NCBI GenBank assembly: GCA_964057225.1
Contig: OZ059897.1
Span: 15,190,001 to 15,254,000 of the forward strand
DNA length: 64,000 nt
From: Auanema rhodensis
Taxonomy: Eukaryota; Animalia; Nematoda
Direction of reading: 5' to 3'
Position numbers and translations under genes: made by a program. Shown here piece after piece: positions 38,396-56,336 of the stretch (the stretch's first letter is position 1; every line of letters starts with the position of its first letter). The notes beneath the pieces were generated by a model. The model had not been told where the DNA came from. It saw only the letters and a program-made list of their open reading frames with translations, and made no database searches.

Positions 38396-38879
38396 TTATG
38401 ATTTACGTTTGAGATTTGATCTCTTTTTATTCAAGATATCTTCTTGTTTGCGTATAAAGTCATTTTCATCAAAACTAATTGGTACCAAATCGTCAAAAAT
38501 TGGTCCTTCTCTATTTACCGCAGTTATGGCAGATGATGCTGCCTGAAATAATAGCAAAATAACATTGAAAACATTTAGAGAAACTAACAATTTTAGCAGC
38601 AGCCTCTTTTATTTCGGAATCGACTTTCTTAAGAATTTTCTCACTAATCGTTGAAACTGATGTATTGGGTCTACATGAGTTCGGTTCAGACATTGAACAC
38701 ACTAAACAAATTTGTAATTTTTGTTATAGAAAATAGATAATACCTTTTTCTAAGGGTTGAAAGCTGGGGGTCTCCATCGATATTAGCTTTAAATAAAAAT
38801 TTTCTGGTAACGGAATAGGTTTATGTGAATTGTAATCAAGATATTTATCATCGGTAAAATCAGCATTATATATATCCAT
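38396..38879 (-). CDS. Small uncharacterised protein (3 exons), first gene of the mdt-8/age-1 cluster
   Basis: TTTTCAG lies immediately before the ATG (MDIYNADF). Three ORF segments are joined by short GT-AG introns and end KRKS*. Confidence 0.65.
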
Positions 38880-39446
38880 TACTGAAAAGAGTTTGAGTAC
38901 AGATTCCAACAAAAACAATTGATAAGTTACGTTTGAATAACTAGTTTTCTACTTTATAACTATATTTGAATATAATTTAAGTGAAGCCGTGATCATCGTT
39001 GACGCATTTCACGTTTGGCACAAATTTGGTGAAGTTCTATGTTATTCCTAACAAATGTTTCTTTTTTTTCATGGGAATGCTTAGTCAATGAATTTTTTAT
39101 TTGTATATGTATAAGTATAACTTACTAGCATTTCTCTTATATTTGAATGCTTGATTTTTTTAATTTCATAAGAAAATAAAAGCTATTTCTTTATAATTCA
39201 TTCATAAAATTTTACAATAAAGAAATTTAAAATAATTAAGCTGCTTTGACATAAAAAATCCAAACATGAACTGTATATGAACTTTTTAAAACAACGTGAT
39301 CGTAAAAATTATGTAAATGCTTACTATTCTGAACCATCTCACTCCTAGAAGCTAGCCAAATGTAAATGGTAAAGAATAATATATACATTTACAAAGCATG
39401 AAGATATACAGAACCATATATAATGTAGTAGCTGAAGAGAAGATGT

Positions 39447-42400
39447 TTATTGGATTTGAATTCCGCTGAGTTCAATATCTCCTTGAATTTGGAGCCCAGT
39501 GATGTCGTTGGGATCAGAACGATGAGCAAATGAAGCAAATGGTTCACCGTTGATGTTAATCTAAATTTGTTCTTGAGCATTCTCATTATTGAGACAATGT
39601 TACCTGGAAAGCGTATGGCTCGTTAGTAATAGAAAGATCGAATCCGATTCCTTTCTCGAAAGGCATCTTGCCTTCTTTCTCTTCATTTCCCCATTCGTTG
39701 GCTTGAAGGGCATTTCTAACGACATGCTTAAAATATGTTTTGTGTTTATCTAAGCTTAAAGATTGTCACCTTCTCATCGAAACGAGGATTGAAGTGAAGA
39801 GCGATATCTCCATTTTTGCGGAGGAGGTTGACATTGAATCTAAGTTAAGAGAAAATGAACAACAGTTTTTTATAATTGTTGCAGTACCTCTTGGCCTTCT
39901 TCTCAACAGTTCCGAAGATAAGAAGAGTTTTTCCTACTTCAAATCCAGCAGCAATTCCGCTTTCATAAGGAACTGGGTAATACTTTCCTCCCCAGTGAAC
40001 GTGGTTGAGGTAAAGATCTCCATCAATAGACATATGAGAGACAGCGCTCAATGGAAGACGGTGTTCATAGTCCTTGAATTCTTTATGATCAATGATAATC
40101 TGAATCTTGCTATTGAAAATCTGCTCAGAAACTGAGACCAAACCTGATATCTATCATCATGAGCACGAATTCTGATGTCAAAGGAATCTCCCTTCTTGAT
40201 GGGGTTGGACTTTCTCTCTTCTTTTCCCCATTCTCCATTGTGGAAAGAGTTCAAGACGATCTAATTTAATTGCTCTCTGATTATTTTTACGAAATTGTAT
40301 TAAATACACACCTTTCCTTCATCAAATCTAATAGAAATATGAAGAGGAATATCTTTTCCGGAGAAATCAGCAGCATCGCTGTGCAAGTTGATGGCGAAGC
40401 TAGAAAGAAATACTATTTAAATATAACTTGTCTAGATAGGCGCATAGAAAATAACTCAATTTCCTATTTGGAATGAATTTCTTTTTATAAAAATAGACAT
40501 GACAACTAACCGTTGAGATTCATCAATAGTAGATCCCTTAACAATCAGAGTTTGTCCAGGCTCAATCTTCTCTTGGAGAACGCTACGGTAGGGAACAGGC
40601 TATAAAAGGTTTTCGTTTAGTATAGAAGTGTCGAAGAAATTTCTAAATATTCATCATATTTCTACCTTTTTTTAAAAATATTTTTTGATTATTCATGAAT
40701 GATGTTATCGAACGTAATCAGTAATATCATATCTACTATTTTAAACTGTTAAACTGTCGATACCCAAAAGCTTATCAGGCAAAAAGCTAAATGTCAAAAT
40801 TCAGTTGTAATTATGACGTCACCCGAATAAATTTTATCAATTTCAGATTAGGTCCAACCTCAGTATCTTGGCCTTTCATATGCCATAAGAAAACATCAAC
40901 TAAGGTAAGCATTCCATTTCCAGATTTCTTGACTTCGTCAAAAATTATATTCTAGATATACTTAAAGAATAAAATTTCAAGAAACTGTCTCCAAAAAGAA
41001 CACAGATCTTGTAAAAAAACTGGTTGAATTTGATACTGTTTATATCAAAACAACAATAATTGACTATATAATTTAAGGATAAAAAATGAAAAAAAGTATG
41101 AAACACGGAATGTTTTTGCGTAAAACTAGCTTTTGGCAAGATGTGCAATCATTTCTTGCTAGAGTATAAACGCAATAGGGAGAAAAATAAATCGAAGCTA
41201 TTCAGTTGGCAGCATCTTCTTCAAAATTTCAGAATTCGATTCTGAATTAAAATGAAAATACGATATATTTTTTCGATAAGGCTCTGTATAACCTACATTT
41301 TCTCTTTAGAATACCACTTTCTATTATTATGATCAATGTTTGATACTTTAAAGTATCAAAACTGAAGAAAAGGAGAAACATGAAAAATATCACAAACAAT
41401 TATGAAATTTCAATGTGATAATAGAAATACATATTGCATACTCTACTCTTTTCATGATTTTTTTCCTGAATTACAACATGATTTGAAGAGTTATATCATC
41501 AAAAGGTTGGGAATGAATAAGATATGTATGACAAATCGTAGAATTTTAGTAGTTTGTTTCTGACTAAGGGCTAACTTTGATCGTGACATTTGCAGCAAAA
41601 AAAGCTAGCAAATATCAAAATCAGATATGAAAATCACATATTCAGATTGCGAATCATGGTTTCGTCCTTTACTTTCCAATATCAAGCCCCCAGTGAAAGT
41701 TCTTTCATTTTTGAAAATGTTGTAAATAAAACATTTTCTATATCAATATATCAGAAATGGCAAGGTTTCCTTTTATAAATGGTAATTGTCACACTTCAGA
41801 CAGAATAGTCAAACAATATTGACTAGATATGGCGTGTGGACATGCGAGCAGAATGCTATTGAGAGTGCAGAAGCGAAAACCAAACGATGTATTTCCATGT
41901 TTGACAACATCAAACTTGCAGGTTATGTCCAATCATTGCTCAAACATAGAAACCCTCAAAGAATTTCTCTCAAAAGATACAAAACTCAAAATCGACTTTG
42001 ATCATTTGATTTATAAGTTTAATGAACGACCGTATAAGAATAGGTTAGAACTTAACACCCTAGTAAGGAAAAATTAGCGGCAATTGGTGCCGAGGAAAAA
42101 GAATATCATGCCTTTCGTTGAACTGGATTTCTGAAGGTTGCTACGAATGCATAACTACACACGAAACTTTCGAATATATTGAAGAGTAAAAAACAATTTT
42201 CGATTTGTTGCAGAGATAAGAATACAAAGAAACAATCCGCGAACAAATTGTGTTCATTACCCTTTTCTTGTATCCTATGGGAACGTGATTTGAAAAATAA
42301 ATCAAAGAACTGATTGAAAATATCCTACCTTCTCTTGCTCATACCAACGAACAAAGCTTGACATTGTAAATAGTATATAGTTCAAAATGAAGAAATTTCC

Positions 42401-43424
42401 TTAAATGAAGGAGGGAGAGAAATGGCAGCAACTAACAGCAACTGTTGAGCTGGTTGGAGGGCAGGCCGTCAATTATTTCCTTTTCAACCCTCTTCTCTCT
42501 GTCATTTTCGCTTTCTTTCCTCACTTCTTTTAGAATCTCATCAATTTACATGCTCTCTATTGAGGATACAGAATATAGGAAATATGAATGCAAACTGAGA
42601 GAATCTAAAGTACTAGAGAAGAAATAGAGAATATGTGGTGTGAAAGCATGTTGACGCTACGCCTACAGTTGATGAGTCAGATGGTATGTGCCTTCTGATG
42701 ATCACGAATATCTAACAAACTAATAACACAGTGTATATTTCAAGAAAGGCTTTATGATTCATATCTATTGATAGCCAATTCTAATTTCTATGTTATTCTT
42801 ACGATTTTGCAATAACCATTTCAGCTGTTAAGCAATCACTGATTTCATCAAAGCTTACAGATGCCTTCTAAAAATTTTATAAAACAAACAGTAGCTCGAT
42901 AGAAAAAAGGTTGAGCTTTTTCCATTTACTCTTCTCTATGCCGAAACACACAATGAAGTCACGAAGTATGTATATAGCAAATAAAAAACGATGTGATATA
43001 TCGTCAGTTTTTTAAGGATGCTATTAGGATATGTAATGTATGAAAATCCTTGTCAATATAGAAAACTAAATGAGATTGTTTCCATATGTTGAATGCCATC
43101 TGTTCATTCTTATTAAGAATAACCAAATAGTTTTAGTTTAAAACAAAGCAATCATGATATTGTGATTACCTTTACAGATTCCCTATTTAAAGAGCTAATA
43201 TTCATGTACAAAATCTGGTTCATAAAAAAATCTGGTTTAACAGGTCAATTTCAGAGATTTTGTCCATTTCATATATTTTTCAAAATTGGTTACTGTTTGT
43301 TAATGTTTGAGAATCAGTATTAAACGTTTCCTACAATTCCACCATGGTTCTTTTTTATAATCGTTTTTAAACAGAAGAAACTTGTGAAGGACAAACTTAC
43401 GTAGGATTTTTGTGCAGCAGACAT
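39447..43424 (-). CDS. lec-1: Tandem-repeat galectin
   Basis: A micro-exon MSAAQKSY (43401-43424) splices across about 2.8 kb to PVPYRSVLQEK. Two CRDs follow (WGKEER; HFNPRF...WGNEER) and the protein ends SGIQIQ*. Confidence 0.93.
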
Positions 43425-44380
43425 GGTTGTCAGATTGAAGGTTCACCTGAAAAAAAGTAAATAATTGAAAACGAAATTTCAGATTGAAAAAAGACATAGA
43501 AACTGCAACAAATGAAAGATACACATATAGTGACAAGAAAGCTTGAACAGCAAATACGGAATGAGCGATTATGACTATCTGATTTGGTTGTATCAACTAA
43601 ATCAGATTATGCTTAGGGGCTCGTCATAGACAACTACATCAATTATTTTTGAATATTTCAACAGTTATGTTGATTATATTGTCAACGAAAAAGAAAAATG
43701 CTAGTACTGAAATACTCTATGTTCGTCAAGCAATTTGAAAAAAAAAGAGAGAATAAGCTATGAACAGAAATAAGATCGAATCAGAGCCTTGAAACAGCAT
43801 GTAGTGGGGTTGGCGTGGTTGGAATCACTTTTGTATGAATTATAAAGCGTTTTGTTTTGCAACGTTAGGCAAAAATGATTGCAATTGATCAGACCATTCC
43901 ACTTTAGGTATTTGGATACCAAATTATAAACAAACACTAATTGTAATAATGAATAATGAATGTACTGTTCTGATTTGACTGTAAATAGATCAATTAAATG
44001 GTTTAAACAACTGCCTTTCAAAATTATAATAAAAGAAACATTTCATGTTCAAACGCGAAAAATAGAACAAAATGGAAATAGAAAGGGAGAGCGTGTTTAC
44101 AACCGTTTGCATCTAGTGACAGAGAAAATGGCGAGTGACGTATCATTAAGTGAACTGTGCCACGTAATTGACGTGGAATTGGCGTGGTTCCCTATGCCGA
44201 TTAGGTTATATAAGCTCGGACGTAAATGGAAATATAACAACAAAGCACTGTTAAACATACAAGTTAAAAACGGAGGAGTTAAAGGAACCGCAAAATGAAT
44301 TATATAAGAGAACCACGACTAGATCTATTATAATCAAACACCAACTAAAGTGCAATCTAAACACTTCCTTCAGCAATCAA

Positions 44381-44381
<1 letters not shown>

Positions 44382-44418
<37 letters not shown>
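44382..44418. repeat. (TA)n microsatellite
   Basis: Visible directly in the sequence. Confidence 0.9.
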
Positions 44419-44422
<4 letters not shown>

Positions 44423-47400
44423 ATCTATATATGTATATATGTATATGAATATAAAATGAAGATGTATTATACAAAGAGAGAGCAAAAATAGATACCAAAA
44501 ATGAACGTTGGCTTATGCAAACATACATAAACAGTATTGGTACGTAAAGTTTGAGAAATAGACTTCAATATTTCTCTTTTGCTGACTTATAACCAGATAA
44601 GAAAACGTAAACCGGTCCAATGAAAGGCAATTTGGAATATTAATCTTTAAATAATTTTATATGAATAGTATATTCTTTTGTTAAATCTTTTCTTTGGTCA
44701 ATGAGAACAGAAATAGGTTGAAGCTTTTTATAGATTAGATGCCATTTTGGTCAAATTCAAATAATCTGCAGTAATTGGGGAAATAACTTTGTCTAAGCTC
44801 TAATCTATGATATGAATGTAATATTGTACGAAAAAAAAAATGAGAACGAAAAATACTTACATACTTTGATTATTATTCATATATAAGTCCTTATCTTAAA
44901 CATAAACGCTCTCCTATATTCCTATATTATTGTTTTTACTCCTACGCAATTAATGATACAACTGATAAGAATTTCGCGCTTTAATTCTTATTTCAAAGTA
45001 TTAAGTTAGTTTATTAGTTTTGCAAAAAAAGTATATATTCAAGATGATACTGTGATAGTTGTATTTGAAACGTAGATGAAAAATATTGTATTGATTACAC
45101 AGAAAAAACGAATTTAGTTATCAAAAACATATTCTTTTTCTTATACCTTGAACTAACTTTCTATTTTTGTACGTTTCACTCAAATATAATCAATCAGGGT
45201 TTTTTTTGAAACGTTTGAACAGAAAACTGAACGACTAAATTACGTTCACTGTTCTTCTGGAAAGTGTCGGATATTTGAACCATCAAGGATATATTACACA
45301 TAATCCTTTACTTTTCCCGCAAAAAAAAAGACGACAAATGGCATAGATGTTCATTGATTCGAAATTTCATAACTTCAAAGTTTATCGGTGAGATCCATCA
45401 ATTTTTTTTTCACCGTTGCTTTGTAATTTGAAGATATAATGAATGATCTCTATGACCTTAGATTTAAAAATTAAAGAAAGAAAACAAAATTTTAATAATA
45501 AAGGAATAGCATATAAATATCAATAAATTGAAAAATTTTTTGTTTAAATATAATTGTACATACAATTGTTGGCTCATAAGCTGAAGCTAAATGTCAGGCT
45601 GCGCAAGAGCCAATGCGATGTAAAAGAAAGTTTATGCGTTATCGACTCCACGAAGAAGAGTATCTGATTAGTTGGGAAGGAAATAGAAACACAATAATTG
45701 GAATGAATGAATAATGAGTATAGAGTAAAGAGAGAAAGAATTGTCAGTGCTGGAGAGAGCTAAAGATGAACTGGACTTCGTTCTAGTTTGAGCAATTCCA
45801 ACTGAGCATACTCATCTGGAAAATTTAAAAGCTTTGACATATGTTGTTTACAACAAAGACCTCAGAAAAAATTCGCTAAGTCACAAAAATTGGACGGTTC
45901 AAAGTGAATTCCTTAAAAAGATAACGAGGTCGAAACCGGTCAATGAAATCAAATCAGCAAGCTCTTCACAAAATCGTTTTTCCTTACATTTATGGGAAAC
46001 CTTCGAAGACATAAAGAAGGAAAAAGTAGAAACATGACATTGACAATGCGACGGTACCTATAGTTTAAAAGTATGAACTCAAGGCCAAGGTTCATAAAGC
46101 AGAGGAATATTTCATGAAGCCTTAGTAGTCAAGCCTTACACATTTCAGTTCAACGTCATCACCTAATATGTGCATGAACGCTTAAACTATGGGCTATATG
46201 TTTGAAACCCATTAGAGCTTCATTTTATAGATGAAAAATTGATTTTTCTACTTGGTATAGTTGAAAAAGATCCAAAAATAGAGCATGTAGTATACATAGG
46301 AATATAATATGAAAATAGATGAACGAATAATTTTGACCAGCACTCTAGTTTATTCATATTAGGGATGATCATTGTCATATATGGAAATCTATGGGGACTT
46401 CTAACAATGGGCGGTCATGGAAACAAGGGAAGATTCGATCGGGCCAGAGGATTACGAGAGGTCTGTTTCTCGGTTTTGAACTAACGGTATATGTACATAT
46501 ACATAAATGGAAGTCGAAGAGAAAGATGCATTGGAATACGAATGAAATTGAAGAAAATAGTTTACTGACAACTAGAAATAAAATATGTTGAAACAAAATC
46601 TGGGGTTTTCCCGCACTTCTCTAAAGGAGTTGTATTTGAAAGAGACTTTACTATCTTATTCTAATAAAAAGAGCAGACTTGAACATGCTTTTGATAGATC
46701 TAAACATGTTTCATCTTCCCAGCTGCAAAAAATTTGTTTGAACAATTGATCAGATTCTCAAACATTTAAATAGAAATTTAAAACTTCGGAGTTCAGGTGT
46801 GAATAGAAAGCAACTTGTGTACTTGGTATGTTAGCTAACGATTTCCATTCAAGTTTTAGTACAACGTAAAGGCACTGCCCATTGATTCCATAGTTTTAAG
46901 AAGAAATCACCTTATGTTTTAAGTCAATATTAACATTGTGATTTTGCGCAATCCAGAGATGAAAACTTTTTTTCTTGTAAAACTCAAAGTACTCTGTTGA
47001 AACTATCAAAATATTTCATATGCCGATATTTAGAAATGCTGTTCATACGTAGTAATAATGAAACCCTCTTACCAAGAAAATATAATTCAAATATAAAACA
47101 AAACAGATTTTATAATTGAAAAATAGTAGAAATTGTGGATAAAAATAATGGATACAGTTTACTGAAAAACAGATGAAGGGGGACATAAAAGCAAACTGTG
47201 CTAAACAACAAAAATTGAAAATATGTCTGACCAGAGAGATAAATACAGACAGTTGAGGAGAAAATATGCGTGAGAGTGAGAGAGAGAAGAGAAGAGAAGA
47301 GAAAGTACTGAGATAGAACATACTCTGGGTTAGGACAAACGAAAGACTTTCGTCAAAGAAAATAATAATATTATTGACAATGATAGAAAAGAACATTCCA

Positions 47401-49122
47401 GGTCATACAATTAAAAGTAAAAAAGAAAAAAATAAAAAAATCCAGGTTCCAACGAAAAATATTGTCCTTGGTTAGTATTCGGATGAAATAGCAAGACTTA
47501 CAAGATGAAGGTTGTTAACAAAAGAAGCAACTGTAAGAGAACTACTTGCTACTTCACTATTCTTTCAAAATAAATAGTTGTCAATTCACTTCATACTTTT
47601 GTTAAACTTATTCTGTATTTTACTTCCTTAACTGATTTTATGAATCTTTGCAGATATATGTATTAGTCGATATTAATGGTCGCGAAAACCGAAAAGTTAG
47701 AGAAAACCATGAAACATCGGCATCTCAGATGAGGAGAACCAGATGTGATGACAGAAAGATATAAAATTTGAAAATTTTCACCATATCTTCACTGTTTGGG
47801 ACTCACTTTCCAGTTATCTGACAGGAAAAATCTTTAATCATTGGAAAAGATAGAGCAGATTCAACACTAAGAGCTATAACGACAAAGGGAAATCTTAAGA
47901 AAGACATGATGAAATGATTTTTAAACCAACATTTCTTAAAGAAAAAGAACAGAATTGAAAATTGTTTCAGAATAAAATGCATCTTTATGAAAGAGGAGTC
48001 GGCAAACTGTGGGAGAGCCAGCAGAACAAACATCCCCGATGACTGGACGTCCTCATTGAACAATGGGAATTCCTTTTTTTGTTATTTTTGGATTAATTGT
48101 TAAAAAGTATAAATTACATATCTTTTGAAAGTATAAACAATTGAAAACAAACCGTTGGTAAAGAATAACATTCACTCAGATTCAATCGACAAGCAGCTGT
48201 ATTTTATTTGAAAAAATTTGATTATTATTTATGAGAAAAACAGATCAAAGTTTCGTAGCAACATATAAAGCCAGTGAAACAAGATATAGATAGAAGCATG
48301 TTAGTATTATTAAGGAGGCTAAGAGCAGAGGTTGAAACATACTACATAACGAAGAAAGAGAGACTAGGCCAAAATCGATAAATTGCCCTCAGAGAAGTGT
48401 CCCCTAATAGAATTTTCGAATGTATGAAGAGTTAATGTAATGTATAAAAACGTAATAAAAATTGAACATTTTAAATATGCAAAATCTTAGAAATCCATAC
48501 CATGTTGAGATAATACGATAAAGGCAAGAAGGCTCAATTAAAAAAATAAACAAATGAAAAAAAAAAGAAAAAAATTTTAAAAGATACTATTTTATTCCTA
48601 TTTATTAATTCAAAAAGTATTAAGTATTTAACTATTCTATAGTCATCAGATACCAATAGCCTTAGGGAATTATTTACAATGCATACTTTTCCTTTTTTCA
48701 GTTTCAATATAGACTTGGTGGTTTTACCTTGTCCACCATTTGATCTTAAATTGACATTTCAACGCAATTTTAAAGAAAAAAAATGTTGTTTCGTGCCAAG
48801 AATCGTTTAACTTTATTTTTTAAATTTTCCGCGTCGTTGCAAGACCTTAAACTGTAGAATTCAAAAATGGGGCGGAGCTTGTTTGTTGTTCCCTAGCGCC
48901 TGTCGTACTAGGCACTGCCAATCGGATATTTCCCGAAAGATGGTGCACTCCTGTGGCCTCTGCTCGGTTAGAATAGATGTTGGTGGTCAGATTGTTGAGC
49001 TCTGGTTTTCATTGTGCTTTACAACGTCTTTCAATTTTTAGATTGCTTTCTAGACGTTGTTGCTTTTTTTTTGTTTTGTTTTGTGTCTTGGTTTCTATAT
49101 TTCGAATGTTGCAGTAGTTAGA

Positions 49123-49728
49123 ATGTCCCGCCCATTGGTTTTCTTCGATATCACCATCGAAGGCAAGGCTGCCGGAAGAATTGTCATGGAGGTAGAAAAA
49201 AGTTATATATAGGGTATAAAAGTATATTCAGCTTTTCTCTGATGTTGTCCCCAACACTGCTGAAAACTTCCGTGCTCTCTGCACAGGAGAAAAGGGAATC
49301 GGAAAGTCTGGAAAGCCCCTTCACTACAAGGGATGTGCTTTCCACCGTATCATTCCCAACTTCATGATCCAAGGAGGAGACTTCACCCGTGGAAACGGAA
49401 CCGGAGGAGAATCCATCTACGGAGAGAAGTTCAGAGACGAAAACTTCATCAAGAAGCACGTCGGAGCTGGAGTCTTATCCATGGTACTACACGTATAGAT
49501 AATAACAAGTGTTACCTAAACAATTTTTAGGCCAACGCTGGACCAAACACCAACGGATCCCAATTCTTCCTTTGCACCGTCAAGACTGAGTGGCTCGACG
49601 GAAAGCACGTTGTCTTCGGACAAGTTGTCGAGGGTATGGATGTTGTCAAGGCCGTTGAAAACAGAGGAACCCAATCTGGCAAGCCAAATGTTCGATGTGT
49701 CATTGCTGACTGCGGACAGCTCAACTAA
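49123..49728 (+). CDS. Divergent-loop cyclophilin A (CYN-3/CYN-7 type), 3 exons
   Basis: [10 protein letters not shown]...[25 protein letters not shown]...[15 protein letters not shown]...NGSQFF...[10 protein letters not shown]. Confidence 0.95.
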
Positions 49729-50321
49729 ATTACGGATCTCCTAAACCGTTGTATCCTGCTGGTGATTATATTAATTTATCCAGTTTATACTATGTTCAAG
49801 CATATGCTTTTACTTCGGTAGTTTAAAAATAAACTTTTTTTTAAATATTGTCTTTTTTTTATTTCTGATCAATTTTGCGTGCGTGGCATTTGTTTGTATT
49901 GATGGCCGAATTAGACAATGAACAAGTTATCGAGCAGAAGAAGATTGATTAGTTCTTTGTCAAGGAGAGTGGTATTCTGGTGTTACTTTACGGAGATTCA
50001 TTCACTTCTTATTGATGGAAAGTGAGGATCATCCCGATTTTAATATTGAGCCTTTCAATCTTAAGCTTTTTGTGGACCAATTCTAAAGGCTCAATATTCA
50101 AGACAGTTGAAAACATGCAAGCTATGTTATTGGTACTACACTACGTATTTCATTTTAGATCAAATACTTTGAATGTAATTGTTGTTAATTGTTTTGAATG
50201 TAATTTAACTGAAAAGTTACATACCGTTAAAGATGCGAGAACACGATGTTTTCCTAAAGGAATAGGCGAAGTTCCTGAAGAAAAATAAAAAAGATAGTGC
50301 CCATGTATCTACCTTCATCTG

Positions 50322-50334
50322 GTAACCAGGAAAC
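50322..50334 (+). promoter_or_regulatory. Possible RFX/DAF-19 X-box upstream of the alpha-tubulin gene
   Basis: GTAACC-A-GGAAAC about 130 bp before the ATG, with TATAAA at 50401. Confidence 0.35.
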
Positions 50335-50463
50335 AACTCTGTGGGAGGGTAAGAGAAAGAGCTCTTTAATAACATGCAGTTATGTTCCCCAAACTCCGCC
50401 TATAAATCTCCTCAATTCAAAAGCCTAAGAAATATCTCATACACTATTTAAGGATTCTGCAGG

Positions 50464-53482
<3,019 letters not shown>

Positions 53483-53566
53483 TTTCATAATTCTTTCTTC
53501 TACTTGATCTCATTTTAGTACCAAATAGTTGCACATATATAACGTTTGATTCACAATAAATAATCT

Positions 53567-56064
53567 TTAATACCCGTCTTCAAAACTATCGTACAGTTCA
53601 TTATCAGCTTCTAGATTATCATCGGAATCATCTATTTCATAGTCCTCGTTAGAGTCTACATATAGAAGAGTTCCCGTATCCACGATTGTATCCGGACGGT
53701 GCAACACAGATTTCCCGTCAAAGCTTAATAAAAAAGTAAATTACAAATTACCGACAATATAATATACCTTGTCAAAATTAGAGGACCTTTTGGTAGTTTC
53801 CCCGGATCTTGTTGAGATCGATATATTTTCCACTGTTGATATCCAGCCAACCTCGAAAACGTCATTGGTCGGGATAAGTATGATATGATATCAACTTGTG
53901 AATTATCAATTGATGCTCTTGTCCACGGTAACATTGGAAACACACTAGAAGTATGTAAAATATATATCAAACTTGGATAGAAAACGATACAGTGAAAAGG
54001 CTTCCGCAACATCAACCATGTGAACTGCTTCATAACATAGTTTGAAATTAGCTCTAGCTTCCTTTAGAACATCTCCATATTTAGGTCTTGAAAATGTATA
54101 AGCTCCCGATTTTTTCTCTAAAACAGCATGTCTGAACTGTTAATACCATCACATACCTCTAACTCCATAGTTGTAATACTGTACATTCCGTGCGCAAATC
54201 TTAATTTTTTACTATATAAGAGTTTTTTGTTTTTTTTTTCACCTGGGCTGAGTATTCTTCACTAACATCCCTGACTTCCCAACGACTGGTTATAGCATCG
54301 CAAAGAGAAAAACTATCGAATATCTGTCTCGTAGCTCGGATTGATGGAGAGAAATTAGGCTCATGTTCATGTAGAAAACTAGTGACCTAAACTAAAATAA
54401 TAATTTTGTACGTTAACTGAAACATACCATAGAAGAAGACACATTTGTCATTTCTAAAACTTCATTAGCATCTCTTTTTAAACGAGGTCTATCAGGCAAC
54501 ACATCTGTTTCAAAAGAATCTTCCTTCAAGTCTTCCCTCTTGGCATATAATAAAGATCCAATTTGATGAAAAATCTGAAAAACTTTTTAATTATTTTTTA
54601 CACATGAGGGAAACATACCGAAGAGGTAAAAGATCCTTTATGAATAATCTCCAAATCCTTCACTCCGTTTTCATGGCTCAGTGAAAATTGAATTATATTT
54701 AAAGCAGCACGAATGTCTCCTACAGACGAATAAATAAGATTTTGAACTTTTAGGAGTGTAAAAAAAGTTTTAGAATAGAAGAACGAACCATTGGCAATAC
54801 TAACTGTATCCTTAAGTTTTGTAGTATTTATCTATAAATAATAAGAAAAACAATGATTTTTTGTAATATTTTCTCACCTTTAGTTTTAATATTTTACAAA
54901 TTCTATTTAGTGCTTTCTCCATGAAACGATTTGCAATTGGCAAAAAATTCAAAGATGTTATATTATTTTCCTAAAATTTTAAATTCTCAGATGAATAAAA
55001 ATATTGATGAATATTACATTTAAAAATATGGAGGTAAAAGCAGCTTTATACGAGTGCCAATAATCGCTACTATCATCTGTCAGGCAAAAAACTATAGAAA
55101 ATTTGCAATATTTTAATACTTGCGCTAGTTGAAGTTGAAATTCTCTAAAACTCCTAAAAAAAGAAAACGTGAACTGTACACTTATTAAAACTTCCCATTG
55201 ATTAGTAATTGGTAAAGAATCAATTAACAAAACCACAGGTCGCTCATCACCACAAGTTTTCCTAGGTTTCCGCATGAAATCGAAAAAAGCTTTTGAAGCA
55301 TTTTCCTGTAGACAAGATATTATTGTATTTTATGTTTGTTAGATCTACATGACAAATGCTTCCGTCAAATCCGTTCACTTCATAAAGCAACTCAGCATCG
55401 TAGGTTTGAACAGCAATATCGAGAGACCGACATAACACCTCAACAGATATACTTTTCCCTTCAAACTCAAACAGTTAAACAAACAAAGGAATAACGTTTA
55501 CTTACCAGCACCGGGAGGCCCCGTCAATAGAAGACGCCCATACCCACTTTTAGCTTCTTTTAACCATTGCGTAAGCTATATATATATATATATATAAACG
55601 TATACATATTTATATAAGTAAAATAAGATAAGACTTAAAAGAATGTTCATACCTCTTGAAGTTTTGTAGGATTTACAGCTAACTCAGATGAAGAAATAGG
55701 TCTAAATCGATCAGCGTACGACTGGTTCAGTTCAACTTTTGAATCTAAAAACTGATTATTGCTTTTCTAACTTTACTCTAACTGTACCCGAACTTTGCTT
55801 CGTAAATTCCCTTTGTGTTGTTAGGAAAGACCCTTGAGATTGCTGGGAAGATTTCCTAGTTTGCGAACGAGTTCTTTGAGTTAGAGACTGTGACATACAA
55901 GATCCATTAATTTGATTTAATTTTTTATTAATCTTTTGTGAGACTTGTGTTTTCTGGGAGCATTGTGAAAAAGAAGTTGCTTGTCGCTGAGAATTCATCC
56001 ATAGCCCATCCTCATCGTCCGAAGTCACAACAATAACTCGCTTTCTAGTTACTCGTTGAGACAT
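53567..56064 (-). CDS. hpr-17: RAD17 checkpoint clamp loader
   Basis: ADRFRPISSSELAVNPTKLQE, Walker A LLTGPPGAGKS, GDIRAALNIIQF, FHQIGSLLYAKR, and an acidic tail. Confidence 0.85.
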
Positions 56065-56336
56065 TTCAACACATACTCTTTAATGTGAAAATATGCCTAG
56101 CACAGTAATAAAAGCAAATTGAAACAATAGATTGTTTCAAAATGTTTCAAATTTTCAAAATTAACATACGCAAATGCGCGAATTCTTAATACAACAGGTG
56201 GTGACGTGGGAATGAAAACTTTAAGCTACTGCCCTTCTCGTGTAGTGTATTCTTGAGACAACTCTAAGCTTCTACTTTAAACTCAATTAGCATGTTCAAA
56301 AACTTATTTAACTTTTTTTCTTAGGTTTATGTCATT

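Noticed and set aside
40945-48063. Short ORFs in the lec-1 intron and upstream region
   Set aside because: These are AT-rich, Phe/Ile/Lys-biased chance ORFs with no splice-consistent model, apart from the lec-1 micro-exon.
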